Part shown: positions 14,501-26,900 of the stretch, one piece after another
Numbering within the stretch: position 1 is the stretch's first letter
Layout of the letters: each line of letters opens with the position of its first letter
NCBI GenBank assembly: GCA_950097015.1
Contig: CATNEN010000025.1
Span: forward strand, 6,014,001-6,078,000
Source: Macrostomum hystrix
Lineage: Eukaryota > Animalia > Platyhelminthes
Length of the DNA stretch: 64,000 nt
Direction of reading: 5' to 3'
Notes under the pieces: generated by a model
Database searches by the model: none
The model's input: only the letters and a program-made list of their open reading frames with translations
What the model was told of the DNA's origin: nothing
Made by a program: the position numbers and the translations under genes

Positions 14501-15818
14501 GGATCCTCAGATTATGGTTTGAAATCTTCACGGATCCTCAGATTATGGTTGAAATCTTCTCGGATCCTCAGATTATGGTTGAAATCTTCACGGATCCTCA
14601 GATTATGGTTTGAAATCTTCTCGGATCCTCAGATTATGGTTGAAATCTTCTCGGATCCTCAGATTATGGTTGAAATCTTCTCGGATCCTCAGATTATGGT
14701 TGAAATCTTCTCGGATCCTCAGATTATGGTTTGAAATCTTCACGGATCCTCAGATTATGGTTGAAATCTTCTCGGATCCTCAGATTATGGTTGAAATCTT
14801 CTCGGATCCTCAGATTATGGTTGAAATCTTCTCGGATCCTCAAATTATGGTTTGAAATCTTCACGGATCCTCAGATTATGGTTGAAATCTTCTCGGATCC
14901 TCAGATTATGGTTGAAATCTTCACGGATCCTCAGATTATGGTTGAAATCTTCTCGGATCCTCAGATTATGGTTGAAATCTTCTCGGATCCTCAGATTATG
15001 GTTGAAATCTTCTCGGATCCTCAGATTATGGTTGAAATCTTCCCAGATCCTCAGATTATGGTTGAAATCTTCTCGGATCCTCAGATTATGGTTGAAATCT
15101 TCTCGGATCCTCAGATTATGGTTTGAAATCTTCCCAGATACTCAGATTATGGTTTGAAATCCTCCCAGATCCTCAAATTATTGTTTGAAATCCTCCCAGA
15201 TCCTCAGATTATTGTTTGAAATCCTCCCAGATCCTCAGATTATTGTTTGAAATCCTCCCAGATCCTCAGATTATTGTTTGAAATCCTCCCAGATCCTCAG
15301 ATAATGGCTTTATTTTCCGGATCCTCTAACGTTGGCCTTAATCCTTCCACATCCCCAGAATAAGACCCAAAATTTCACAGATCCCATGATTTAACCTATT
15401 GTTCTTCCACTACCTGCATTTTTTGTCAAAGTATACATAAACGGTTATTAATTTACCTCAGACTTTTATTCATTAAGGTTACGGGCTTATTACTCGAGGT
15501 GTTTTGCTAAATTTTCGCATCGCCCACTCTGAAACCATCCGCAGACCCTACCCGACCATACCGCCGAATCTGACCTTCGCTCAGCCGGATGAAATCCAAC
15601 GCCAGAACCAGACTATCATAATCCTGGCAGTTGTGGGCTTCCTAGCCCTGCTGATTCTAATTGGCGTTGTCTGTTTCTTCCGCAATTATACATTCGAACG
15701 CGGCGACTACTGGACTAACGAGGCTAAGGCTGCCGATCTCACCGACGATCCCGACGTGGCGCTGCAGCACGCCGAGGGCGGCCTGCCCGCTGTGCGCGGT
15801 CAGGAATGGTGGCTGTGA
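2509..15818 (+). CDS. Nrx-IV: Neurexin IV / contactin-associated protein (Caspr/CNTNAP family), 7 exons: 2509-2557, 4072-4209, 4302-6112, 6674-7501, 8655-9323, 10916-11208, 15545-15818
   Basis: All junctions are GT-AG and phase-compatible. Signal peptide MSVVCLLLLLPAFVVS (exon 1, not in the ORF track), then F5/8 discoidin (WLQVDLG, RFVRVNPQRW), LamG, LamG, EGF, fibrinogen-like (SCRQMINYKC, WWISRRG..YWGG), LamG, EGF, LamG, TM (IIILAVVGFLALLILIGVVCFF), 4.1-binding-like motif (RGDYWTNEAK) and PDZ-type end EWWL. This is the Caspr/NrxIV domain order. Confidence 0.93.
3572..3700 (+). mobile_element. Decayed SINE family 1 fragment (head and CORE-like part) in NrxIV intron 1
   Basis: GTAACCTAGTGGAGTAGTGGTTAG...CAATGTGTCCTATGGCAAGACAACTAACTCTGCATTGCTTCA resembles the family 1 head and core. 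Confidence 0.5.
6225..6575 (+). mobile_element. Two adjacent decayed SINE family 1 fragments (3' part, then 5' part) in NrxIV intron 3
   Basis: 6225-6390 resembles the core and 3' end (TGTGTCCTTTCAGCAAGACAC...GCTGTGACTGTGCC..GGCTG..ATCTGACCCAA). 6418-6575 has a tRNA-like head (GTAGCCTTGTGGTTAGAGC...GGTTCGGTTCCC) plus core. Confidence 0.6.
7665..8430. repeat. 15-bp minisatellite (GAG[G/A]ATTGCTTGCGA), about 50 copies, NrxIV intron 4
   Basis: Visible perfect tandem with two interspersed unit variants. It explains ORFs 7542-8570, 7560-8486, 7573-8457 and 7633-8430. Confidence 0.97.
9440..10800. repeat. 30-bp minisatellite (CCCAGATCCTCATGTTCAGCTCACAATCTT), about 45 copies, NrxIV intron 5
   Basis: Visible tandem with period 30. 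Confidence 0.97.
11275..15320. repeat. 30/31-bp minisatellite (CCCAGATCCTCAAATTATGGTTTGAAATCT), about 130 copies with variant sub-blocks, NrxIV intron 6
   Basis: Visible tandem that shares CCCAGATCCTCA with the intron 5 array. Confidence 0.97.
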
Positions 15819-17011
15819 TGTCGCTATGTGCAGCAACAGAATCGTCCGCTAGCGTATTTCGCTTCTTGTTACCGTGTTTTTATATTTCACTGACAGCTGT
15901 TAATCTCATAGCTCGGTTACTTAAATATTATTACTGTCCGTCTGGTGGCCAATATTTTCGTGATCCTCAAATTGAGTGTGCATCGTTTAGGCACTCAACA
16001 CAGATCTTCGAATCGAATGTACACTAGGGCACTAAACCTCAATTAAGTTTTTCTATGAGGCCAATTTCTCAAAACAGATCCCCATATTTAGCCTACATTG
16101 GGATACTTCCCACAGATCCACGATTTCGATTTCTTGGATAGTAGGGATTCTAGGCACCACTTTTAGGGTTCTTTTTAAGAACCAATAAGAATTGCTTACC
16201 TATTGTTAAGATTTGTGTTATTCTTATTTTTATCCACTACATTCCGATAACTATAAGTACAATTTTTTTCTCCACAAAATTAAAATGCATTCCGCTATGA
16301 GAAATAAGCCACAAAATAGGATTTTTAGCTGTGCTGAATCTCGGAAATCCTTACCAGTAAATGTAGCTTTTACTTTTTTAGAGCATATCAGCTTGTTATA
16401 TTTAAACTAAACTCAACTTGTCTATTGTCGCCATTCATGTGGTCGAGTATTTTATTAGTAGTAACAAATAATGTCTTTATTTGTGTTCTCAATCATGCTT
16501 GTGTGTGTCAATTTACCGCCATTCCAAAAACTTTTTTGTTTTATACACTTACGCATGTTGCTTAGTATATTTAATTAGAATGCAACTGACCAAGTAATCT
16601 CTATAAGTAATACATACATTCCCAATTTTTATATAGCATTGTGCTGAATCTCTTTAATTTAAGTACGGTAATACTAAGACTTTTTTACTCTTACGATAAA
16701 ACAGCTGAAGAAATAGTCTAAAATTTGGGTCCATTATTTCGCAACTCCATTCCTAATGCTTTAAATACTACTTGTGTACATATTTGCTGATCATTAATGC
16801 ACCATTTATTGACCGCTACTTTTATCATGCCTCCCTTGAAAATCAGTTTGTTATACAAGCTAACGAATGGGTCTCACTTTTTTTTAAATACGTGGCCTAC
16901 GTTTCAAATATTCAGTTATAATGTACTGTTTCGACGGCCGTTCATTTTTTATCGACTGCTAAACAAGTAAATGATTGCTAATAGTTTGGCTTAGTTTTTT
17001 ATATAGAAATT

Positions 17012-17268
17012 GTAGCCTAGTCGCTAGTGCGTCAGACTCAGAACGTGTCGGTCGGAGGTTCGATTCCAGACTCCACTGTGTGTAGTAATACACTTACCTG
17101 TCCATTGCTTCTGTTCACCCAGTTGTTGAATAGGTAAATGATGTTAGGATTGGCCAAACCCTAGTCTATGGACTGAACAGCTGTGCCGAGCGATAGCTAC
17201 GGCTGTGCTGTCGGCTGCACATCTGATCAAATTGGGGCAGGTGTAATCAAATGTTGTTACATCACTTA
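17012..17268 (+). mobile_element. SINE family 1 variant
   Basis: tRNA-like head (TAGCCTAGTCGCTAG...GGTTCGATTCC) and the same 3' end as family 1 (GGCTGTGCTGTCGGCTGCACATCTG...GGGGCAGGTGTAATCAA). Confidence 0.75.
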
Positions 17269-17504
17269 TTGCGAGTATACTTGACATATATAAGTTAAAT
17301 ATCTGCTTCCTTTGCTGCCCAGCGCCCAAATAGTTGAAGCGACTTGCTACACTTACCTTACCATACTACTATTATACGTACTAAACCAAAATCTGATAAG
17401 AGGTGGTTAAAGCATCTTCATATAGGCTTGGCAGTGAGATAAAAGAGAGTGGAGTGTGACTTATATTAGAAAGAACTAGAGTCCGAGCATTCGGAATAAG
17501 AATG

Positions 17505-17665
17505 CGATGACAGACGGACCAATCAGAAGCCGGTGACATACGGACCAATCAAAATGCGAGAACAGACGGATCAATCAGAAGCCGGTGAGATACGGACCAA
17601 TCAGAATGCGAGAACAGAGGGACCAATCAGAAGCCGGTTAGGCGCGGACAAATCAAAAGGCGACA
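17505..17665 (+). repeat. Short tandem of CCAAT-containing units (GGACCAATCAGAA core, alternating ~22-24 bp units)
   Basis: Six ACCAATCA-like cores, four with an exact CCAAT, at regular spacing. Confidence 0.75.
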
Positions 17666-18444
17666 AGATTAAGAAAATGTGGTTATGTCACAGTTGGGCA
17701 CGACGACGGGTAGAATAGTGATTAAATATTATTTTTATTTCCTCAAATCCTAATTAACGTTTCTCACATATGGGAGCGTGAAGAGAAGCATGAGAAACAT
17801 GCTAATTTTATCGAGCGAAAAGCTTTCTTTACAGAATTTTAGCTCTTGACCAAAATGTATAGTCTTGGTTATTTTATAAATGAAGAAAAGCACGCGAGGC
17901 GAACTACCAAGTAGATAAAGAATTAACAAACAGTGTCGATTTTTGTGTACAACATTACCATTGTACAGGCTAGTATTAATTCCATACTTGCAGTATTCGC
18001 AATTTTATCATGCAATTCAGTGCATTATATATTTATTTGTGATTCGGATATGGGATCAATCAAGACAGAACTCGGAAATCTTTTAAATTGAGTCAAATAT
18101 TGTGAATGCCTTATTGTATTGCATAAAACAATTTTTGCACAACAAAATGAAGTATTTTTAGACTACATTGTTCTCAGAATTGACATCTTAAAAGATGCTT
18201 GCCAGACTTATATCCGGCCGTAGTTCATGATATCTACTTGACAGCTAATCATATTATTGATTGATATTTTTGTACCAATCAGGCCCATGATGCGTTAGGC
18301 AAGTAAAACTCCATCTGGTTCGACTTGCTTACTGAAAAGTAAAAAATAATTAATTTAAGCTTTGAGACATAGGTATCGCATTTTAGGAATTACTCATTTA
18401 ATTTCGTTTGCTGACTGTATTTTGCTTTACTCTAGCTATGTAGC

Positions 18445-18885
18445 CTCTCAGCCTACCCTCTACCCCTCTCCCAGGCCACACTCTACCCCTCTCCCAGCCA
18501 AAACTCTACCCTCTCCCAGGCCACACTCTACCCCTCTCCCAGGCCACCCTCTACCCCTCTCCCAGGCCACACTCTACCCCTCTCCCAGCCAAAACTCTAC
18601 CCCTCTCCCAGCCCACACTCTACCCCTCTCCCAGCTCACACTCTACCCCTCTCCCAGCTCACACTACCCCTCTCCCAGCCAAAACTCTACCCCCCTCCCA
18701 GCCCACAATCTACCCCTCTCCCAGCCAAAACTCTACCCCCCCTCCCAGCCCACACTCTACCCCTCTCCCAGCTCACACTACCCCTCTCCCAGCTCACACT
18801 ACCCCTCTCCCAGCCCACACTCTACCCATCTCTCAGCTCACACTCTACCCATCTCCCTGCCCACACTCTACCCATCTCTCAGGAG
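18445..18885. repeat. C-rich ~19-21-bp minisatellite (CTCTACCCCTCTCCCAGC..CA)
   Basis: Visible tandem just downstream of the MTMR9-like ORF end. Confidence 0.9.
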
Positions 18886-19030
18886 ACTCTAACAAATTAG
18901 CAATCTTAGCCTAACCTATACTCCACTCATCACCCACCTCCACTTCCCTCTCCACCAGGCCTAGTGGCGTGCCTACTCTCTCAATTGCATGGTAGTCAAA
19001 GTCCAAATTGAGCAGTCAAGCAGCCACTAC

Positions 19031-22000
19031 TCACAGCCTGGCCAGCCTGTCCTCAAGCTCTCGTTCCCGCCTGATGGAGGCGGCCAGCCTAGCTGCAAGA
19101 CGTTCGCCAGGCGGCGGCGGCAGCGCCAACGGGCAGCAGACGGCGCCGAGGTAGAGCTCCGTCCAGGGCGTCAGCTCGGCCGGTCGGATGTCGGCTAAAA
19201 GTACGGCGGCCGCGACTGTAGGCCCGGACAATCGCCGCTCGTCGTACAGTGGATTGATGAATTTATCTCTAACTTCCGACTGTTCAAAGTGCGACCAGAG
19301 CGAGACGGTGGACTCGGCGGCTCTCAGACGGGCCCTCATGGCGCAGTCGTCAAATAGAAACGTGCCATAGTTTGAGCTGTAGGCATGCTCGGCCAGTTCA
19401 GCAAGCAAGTCGACGCTAAACTCGAAGGCGGCCGGATACTGGCGGCAGAGACAGCGGCAGCAATCCAGGAAGAGTAGGAACACTGGAGAAGAATCGGCCA
19501 GCTGGAGCTGCTGTTGCTGCAACAACTGCTGCTGGAGCTGTTGCTGCTGCTGCAGCTGCTGCTGTTGCTGTTGTTGCATACTGTAGAGAGCGGAACGCGC
19601 GCAACGCCGGTGAAACGGATGGCTGAGCTGCACGAATGTCCGATCGATGGCAGCCTAAAGTGTGTGCGTCGTAAAGATTGACAGTAATACAAATAGTACA
19701 ATTTTGTTATCTATTGATTATATCATAGACAAAGTACGAGCATCGCAAAGATGCTTGCGAAGTGGGCAAGGACGTTTAGAAGGGCGTCATGTGAGTGTAC
19801 ATAGTTCGATGGGTTAGAAGTTTTAATATGGCGTCATCTGGGCGTCATCTGGGCGTACATCAGCCGAGGGGTTAGAAGTTTTTGAAAGGCGTAAAGTGTG
19901 CGTACATTAGCAGAGGGGTTAGAAGCTATTAAATGGCGTCATGTGGGCGTACATCAGCCGAGGGGTTAGAAGTTATCAAATGGTGTCATGTTGGTGTTTA
20001 TCAGCCGAGAGATTAGAAGCTATAAAATGGCGTCATGTGGGCGTACATCAGCCGAGGGGTTAGAAGTTATCAAATGGTGTCATGTTGGTGTTTATCAGCC
20101 GAGAGATTAGAAGTTATAAAATGGCGTCATGTGGGCGTACATCAGTCGTGACTCGTGGGGTTAAATGTCTAAGTAAGGCGTCAAATGCGCTGTGGGAAGT
20201 TTTGGAATCGTGCCTTTTTAATGAATAGGGTTCAACAAAGGTAATTGGCCTTACGAGGAATCCATCGAGCCGCCTGGCCTCGGGGCACAGCATGACCTGG
20301 ACCAGGGCAGCCAGCAGCAGCGTGTAGTCGCTGCCACCTCGGCCGTGCAGAAATACGCAGGCGAATTCGCGGGCACCCGGACCGTCCAGCAGGTTAGCCA
20401 GCTGGTTGGCAGCCTCTAGAGTGCGCTGCAAGACGTCCATCCAGTGCGGCACGCTTGTGACGCCTCCGACGCCGCCGCTGCCAGCGCCACGCCGCTTCAA
20501 CGGCAACGAATTGCCGCTGGCGCCGCTGCCGCCGACAGCGTCAGATTTTTTAAACTGACGCGGCATACTGGAGTCCAACGATTCCGAAGTTAGAGACGCC
20601 ACGAGGCGGCACAGCGAGGACAACAGTTCGCCAGTTGGCGGCAGGTCTAGGTAGCGCCCGCGCCACTGGTTGTAGTGCTGCGGCGGTTCCACACCCCCTG
20701 GAGATTCAGGATTGTCTATTGGCAATAATGTGCTTGCAAATCAATGGGCAACCTTCAATTCACATTAATGGGGTGAGTGGCAGAGAGGTTAATGCGTTTG
20801 CCATTCGCACCAACGTCCCTGAGCTCGATTCCACGGCGAGGCCACATTCATTTGAGGCGCAGCCGCGGAGAAAAGGCTTGGGGGCTTGTCATGCAATTTA
20901 CGCCCTTGAGGACCCACCTCCAGGGCAAAGCGAGAGTGTAAACTGCCTGACGATGAGAATGTCAGGGCAGATGTACACACCTGTGTGAGCGTGTGCCTGC
21001 GTACGGTATCTGTGTGCTTGTGTGCTCAAGAGTCAGCGAAATGGGTAGAATTGCCTCTTCGCTGGCTGCGGGTCTAGTGTCGCCAAAAATCATGTGCCAC
21101 TGCACGCAGCCCTCCTGCTATGACCTGCCATTGCTTCCTCACCCTCTGCCTTGGCAGCCTTCGCCGATCTCGTGTCCACCAGGCAGCCGAACAGTCGCTG
21201 ACCGCCAGCCAATCGGCAGCTAATATCAAGAGCGGCGGCTAGTAGAGCCATATCAGCCGGGCAGCGCTTATCATTGGCTACACCGGCACCAACCAATAGG
21301 AATCGCCGAGTAGTCGGATGCAAATAGGCCAGAACAGGGAACCGACCGCCAATACGGTGCCTTGCAGATTCGGTCAGTTGTTTATCATCTAAGCGGGCTG
21401 GCACAATCACTCGGTTCGGATAGGCTACGCACAGCCTCTGGCCGGTGTTAACCTCGCTAAGTCGCCAATCTGCCAGATCACAGTCCGGTGGTAGGCCGGC
21501 CAGAGTGTACTTTAGCCAATGAGATAACTGATTAGCGAAACCTGGCAGCCGGAAATGAAATTGAAAGCACAGGCTCTGCTCTAGGGCGCGCCGGCTGGTT
21601 AGCAGGTCGGATAAGTTACGAAGTGATTGATAGACATCTTGGCCAAGCTTGTCGCCTGGCACAGTGACTAAGTACATAGCCAGGGTGCGACAGCGCAACA
21701 GCAGATGGGTATAACAGCCAGACACTGAGCGATCAATGCCATCTAGATTGTCGTGACGAATCTCCTATGGAAGTGTTTCAGTCGATGTATGAATAAAAAT
21801 CTAGATGAATAAAAATGTAGTCTCTTTCATAATCACTACTCTGTAGCCCAGTGTTTAGAGCTTTGGCCTCCTGACTGACAGGTCGAGAGTTAGAAAGCTA
21901 CAAGAATAGCAGAGTGAAGGCCCAATTGAGTTTGTAGCATCAATCTATCTAAGTTTATAGTTCAACATTCGAAAAGTATACCAGACTATTTAGCTCAATA

Positions 22001-22879
22001 CAGTAAGCAACATACGAAAATAATAATGTAATTTGTAGATTCACAATTGTATACTTATTATAACCTCTTATTATCTTCTTACTTACTATATTGTATATAA
22101 ATGAAGATTGAACCAAAATGTAGTTAATAAACATTGAATATGTAACTATTTCATTATTCAAATAGAAACATTTAGGCCATTTTTCTATTGTAACTATTAA
22201 TGTTATGTATGAATACATGAACATGTTTGTAGATGCACACTGCTATGTTTAGCTAATAAAATATGTAAATTATTGCTATGGGTATGCACAGAGCAGCAGA
22301 CTAGTCAAAATATAGCAATATAAAACAGTATATAAAAGTAAATAAATTATAAATTTACTATTAGCTAAGTGCAATCAATTGTAAATGAATATGCTTTTAC
22401 TGTTAAGGATGTTTAATTTAGTGTTAAAAAGAAAATAGAGAATATAGAAATTCGCTATAGAGCAATAACATATTGTGCCTGTATCCCACTCTAAGACCAC
22501 TCAATCTGCAATTCACCTGCAAGATCTACAAGTCCAAAAAGTAGGGCACAATCAATACTTTAACACAACATATTATATTCCAGATAGCTACTAGTGATCT
22601 AGCTATAGCTATCATCAAAGAAATAAAAAATCTGAACATGTTTCTAATTACATGAATATGTATTTTGGATCGCTATTTCCATGTAGAATATTCTTGAGTG
22701 AGAGTCAAAAAAGTTTTTTTACATAGAATTTGACTTACGATTTGACGACCATCTGTGGTAAAAAACACAGAAAAATATGATGTTAAGGAAAGGCAAGAAG
22801 ATACTTGCGGTGTCGAGCCAATCTTTGAAATAGTTACATTGTCCACTCTAGTAACTAATACATGCTCCTGCAATTCCAT
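19031..22879 (-). CDS. MTMR9: Myotubularin-related protein 9-like pseudophosphatase, exons 22879-22739, 21764-21143, 20697-20255, 19654-19031
   Basis: GT-AG, phase-compatible junctions. N-terminus MELQEHVLVTRVDNV (PH-GRAM). Myotubularin motifs WRLSEVN..LC.AYP..VIVP, R..GRFPVLAY and GGVE...HYNQW. The catalytic loop reads VFLHGRGGSDYT, lacking the Cys of active VHCSDGWDRT, as in MTMR9. Also FLLFLDC...QYPAAFEF and a coiled-coil end. A possible donor at the stop (CT|GTGAGT) means one more 3' exon cannot be excluded. Confidence 0.88.
19780..20190. repeat. ~40-bp degenerate tandem (ATGGCGTCATGTGGGCGTACATCAGCCGAGGGGTTAGAAG) in MTMR9 intron 3
   Basis: Visible repeated units. Confidence 0.85.
20771..21010 (+). 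mobile_element. tRNA-derived SINE, family 2 (copy 1; MTMR9 intron 2, antisense)
   Basis: GTGGCAGAGAGGTTAATGCG...TCGATTCCACGGCGAGGCCACATT..., shared with 38581-38772 and 54092-54325. Confidence 0.8.
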
Positions 22880-23910
22880 TTCTCTCTACAAGTGTAGTAG
22901 TCGAAGCTACGTTTTGACCAGTAAGGTCAAGTCCAAGAACATTAGTTATATATTTTTACAAATGTAAAATGGGTTAGTACTTCTTTAGTATGCTTATATA
23001 TAGCGTGTTCTCTTGAAAAAAGCAATAAACAGTTCGAACCTACGGCATAAATTGCGTTCCGATTCAAGCAAGTAATTAAAATTGAAAACATGAAGTTTTC
23101 TATTTTAAGTGTCGCAGAAAATTATATTTTTGAATTATTGTTTACGAGTTATAACTTCAGTATCTCTATATGTCTATTTACAGTCCAAAAGTTTTACGAA
23201 TAAGATATTTGCTAAGTGAAAAGAATAAAATATTTGAGTTGGTTACTTAGGCTGACTATTAGGCAACGTCAAAGCAAGAAGATGTACTCACGACCATGAG
23301 GAGGAGTAGCATCAGTTTTTATTACTGAGTTCTAGGTTACTGTGCGATAGAGGAAAAATGTAAATCGACAGCAGCCAAACTGAATCCTACTGGCCTTGCT
23401 ATTAGCAACCTTGGCTAATCCATTCAATTTACGAAGATAAGACAAAAATTATTTCTACGGTACCGTGGGGATAAGCACTGCCATCTTGCTTTACATTTGT
23501 AATGGTAGGCTACTTTAGTTCTATTCCACTCCACTGAGGAGATATTTTTAGGCCTATCATTCAGTAATTACTTTCCTTGATATTTAGCTACTTCGCTACT
23601 AGCTAGGCTGTTAACTAGTTAAGAGACTTCGATTTAAAAAAAACCTTAGCAATTAGCAGTTAGCATAGTATTAGGCCTAGTAATTAGGCCTAGGGCCTAG
23701 CATAAATTTAGCATTGCATCATATTGTTTCATCAAAACAACATAACCCATATTCCATAGCTACAATAGACATGATAAGCTTACTTTAATTAAATTAGATT
23801 GCTACATTTGCTATTTTTTTTATAGTGCTACAAAAATCAGCTTACAAACACTTTAATTTGTTGGCCATCTCCTAGTTTATAGTGTTAAAATATTTTTTCC
23901 TTGTCATACC

Positions 23911-26900
23911 TGTGAAGTCGTGGGTCAATTGAAGAACAGAAGCAAACACATTGAGCAGGTTGCAGGACAGTCACAAGCGCAAACTCTAGCCGTGCACCTT
24001 CGATCAATATATATTGTGCCAGACAGGAATGATTCAGCAATCACACGAGATAACAATAGGGTCAATAGGGTGGAGGATGGGTGGTTGTATAAGACACATC
24101 AAAGTAAATAACAGCGGCGGGGGTGGCACGCGCGCACTTAAATAAACTGAACTATTACAACAACGACAGTGACTGCACTAACAATTGCCATAGCCCGACA
24201 TCTCCCCCCCTAGGCTAGAAACATCCCAGTCAATCCGCATAGTCCATTCAAGTCCCTAATCACGATTGCAACCGCTCGGGTGGTCGCCTTTGCCATAGCG
24301 GGTAGCGACGATGACGAGCTGGTGTGTCTGTCGGGGATGTTGCATTGCTAGCGTCGGCGGCGTCGGTGGCGTCGGCGGCTGCCCCGACTGTCGGCGCCTC
24401 AATGTCTTGACCGCCAGGCTCCGCCAAGGTCGATGGTGCCTCGGCTGTGACTACTAGCGGGGTCACGGGAGTTGTCGGCGGTGGGAGGGTGGCCGACAGC
24501 AGCTGGTTTGTGTGCGGCCGGTGGATAGTTCCGCGAACATAGACGGCGCAGTTGCGGGACCTGGCGGAAACGACAGTGCCCTCTGTCCAGCGGCCGCCGC
24601 CGGTCCTGGCATCCGAGCTGAAGTCGCGCAGCAGCACTGGGTCGCCGGCATGGAACTCACGTGCTCGCGGCTGCTGCTCCACTTGCTGCTCTTGGCGCTG
24701 CTGCATGCTGTTCGTCAGCGATGGCATCAGTAGGTCCAGCCGGCTGCGTAGTCTGCGACCGATGAGCAGCTGACTGGGGGCCGCGCTGGTGATTGAGTGC
24801 GGCATGTTGCGGTAGGAAATTAGCATTTGTTGCAGTGCGGCTGTCGAGTGGCCGCTCTTGAGCAGATGTCGCTTGAGCACCTGCACGAATCTCTCCGCCT
24901 GGCCGTTTGTGGCCGGGTGGAAGGGCGCCGAGAAGACGTGACGAATGCCGTTGCGCCTGGTGAACTCGCTGAACTCCCCTGAGGTAAACTGCGTGCCGTT
25001 GTCAGAGACCAGCACGCGCGGAATGCCCAGTCTCGCGAACACCTCACGAAGACGCTCAATGGTCGCCGCCCCGTCACACTGTGCACCTGCAGAACCTCCG
25101 GCCACTTACTGAAGGCGTCCACAATGACCAGGTAGGTGCGGCCGTTGACGGGCCCGGCGAAGTCAATGTGCAGCCTTGCCCACGGTTCGGCTGGGAACGG
25201 CCACGGCTGCACCGGCGCCTTGGGGCGGATTGGCCTGGTTCAGCATGCAGGTCCGGCAGGCCTTGACGGTCATCTCGAGCTGCCTGTCCAGACCGGGCCA
25301 CCAGACGTAGCTGCGGGCCAGCGCTCGCATGCGGTTGATGCCGGGGTGCGCCTGGTGAAGCTCATCCAGCATGCCTTGCCGCAGGGCCGTCGGTACCACT
25401 ACTCGGGCACCCCACAGCACGCAGCCCTGCTCGACGCTCAGCTCATCTTGCCGCCTCGCAAAGTCTGTCAGGTCCAATGACGCCATCGGGGCGCCAGTCT
25501 GCAGGCAGCGAAGCACCCGGCCGAGGGTAGCATCCAAACGCGTGTGCCGTGCCACCGCCTGAGCTGTGATAGCAGACCCAGTCTCCTCGTCGAGCAGCAG
25601 GGCGTTTACGGCCGGCTCCTCCTCGAACTGTCTCGGCAGCGGCAGCTGGGACAGTGAATCGCAGTTTGCGTGTTTGCTGGTGGGCCGGAACTCAAGCGCG
25701 TAGTCATAACCAGCCAAGCGGATCGCCCAGCGCTGCATGCGGGCAGCCGCGTGCTCAGGGATGCCTTTGTGCTCGCCTAGAAGTCCCAGGAGCGGCTTGT
25801 GGTCGGTCACGATGACAAATTTGCGGCCTTGCAGGAACTGATTGAAACGCTGGAGGCCGAACATGATCGCAAGGGCCTCTTTGTCCAGCTGCGAGTAGCC
25901 CTTCTGAGCCATAGTCAGGCTGCGGCTGGCAAAGGCGATCGCTCGGTCCTGGCCGTCCATGCGATGTGTCAGCACCACGCCGAGTCCGTAGGGGCTGGCG
26001 TCGCACTCTAATCGCAGCGGCAGCTTCGAGTCGTAGTGAACAAGCACCGGAGACTCGAGCAGTAGGCGCTTGGACCTCTGGAAGGCCAGCTGCTGGGGCT
26101 CTCCCCAGCACCAGCGGGCGTTCTTAGTCAGCAACTGGTTGAGCGGAGTGACCACGGTAGACAGATGAGGCAGAAACTTACTGTAGTGAGTTAGCATGCC
26201 GAGATAGGCTCGAAGCTGACTGCAATCAGTGGGCGCCGGTGCGTCCTGCACTGCCATCACCTTCTCCGCCAGCGGCCGCAGACCTTGGCTGTCGATCCGA
26301 TGGCCCAGGTAATCGACCAAGTCGCGGAAGAACTCGCACTTGTCCTTGTTTAACCGTAGACCCGCCTCCTGGAGGCATTGAAGGACCTTGGCGAGATTCT
26401 CACGATGATGCTGCAGAGTTCTGCCTGTCACCAGGATATCGTCAACGAAGACTTGCACCGACTCCAGGTCACCGAGCAGAGAGTCGAGCGTGCGCTGGAA
26501 CACGGCACTGGCGCAGTTGATGCCAAATGGCATGCGGTTCAGCTGGAACAGACCTCGCTGCGTATTGATGGTCAAGAAAATCTTACTGTCCTTAGACAGG
26601 GGCAGCTGCAGAAAGGCGTTCGACATGTCCAGCTTGGACCACTTGCAGCCGCCGCCCAACTTAGCGAACAAGTCTTCGATGCGTGGCAGCGGGTACAGCT
26701 CTGGCGTAGCCTCCGCATTGTAGGTCAGCTTATAGTCTCCGCAGATCCGCACTGCACCGTTCTTCTTAACCACGGGCACGATGGGCGCCGCCCAGTCTGA
26801 GTACTTGACTGATGTGATGATGCCGTCCGCCACCATTCGCCGAAGCTCGTCGTCAACGCGTTCTCGGAGCACGTAGGGGACCGGCCTGGCCTTGAAAAAG

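Noticed and set aside
7542-15157. Long repetitive ORFs (RKQSS, EDCLR, MRIWEDCELN, FSSQSSQILM etc.) as repeat proteins
   Set aside because: They lie inside NrxIV introns, are open on both strands and in several frames because unit lengths are multiples of 3, and are not joined to exons.
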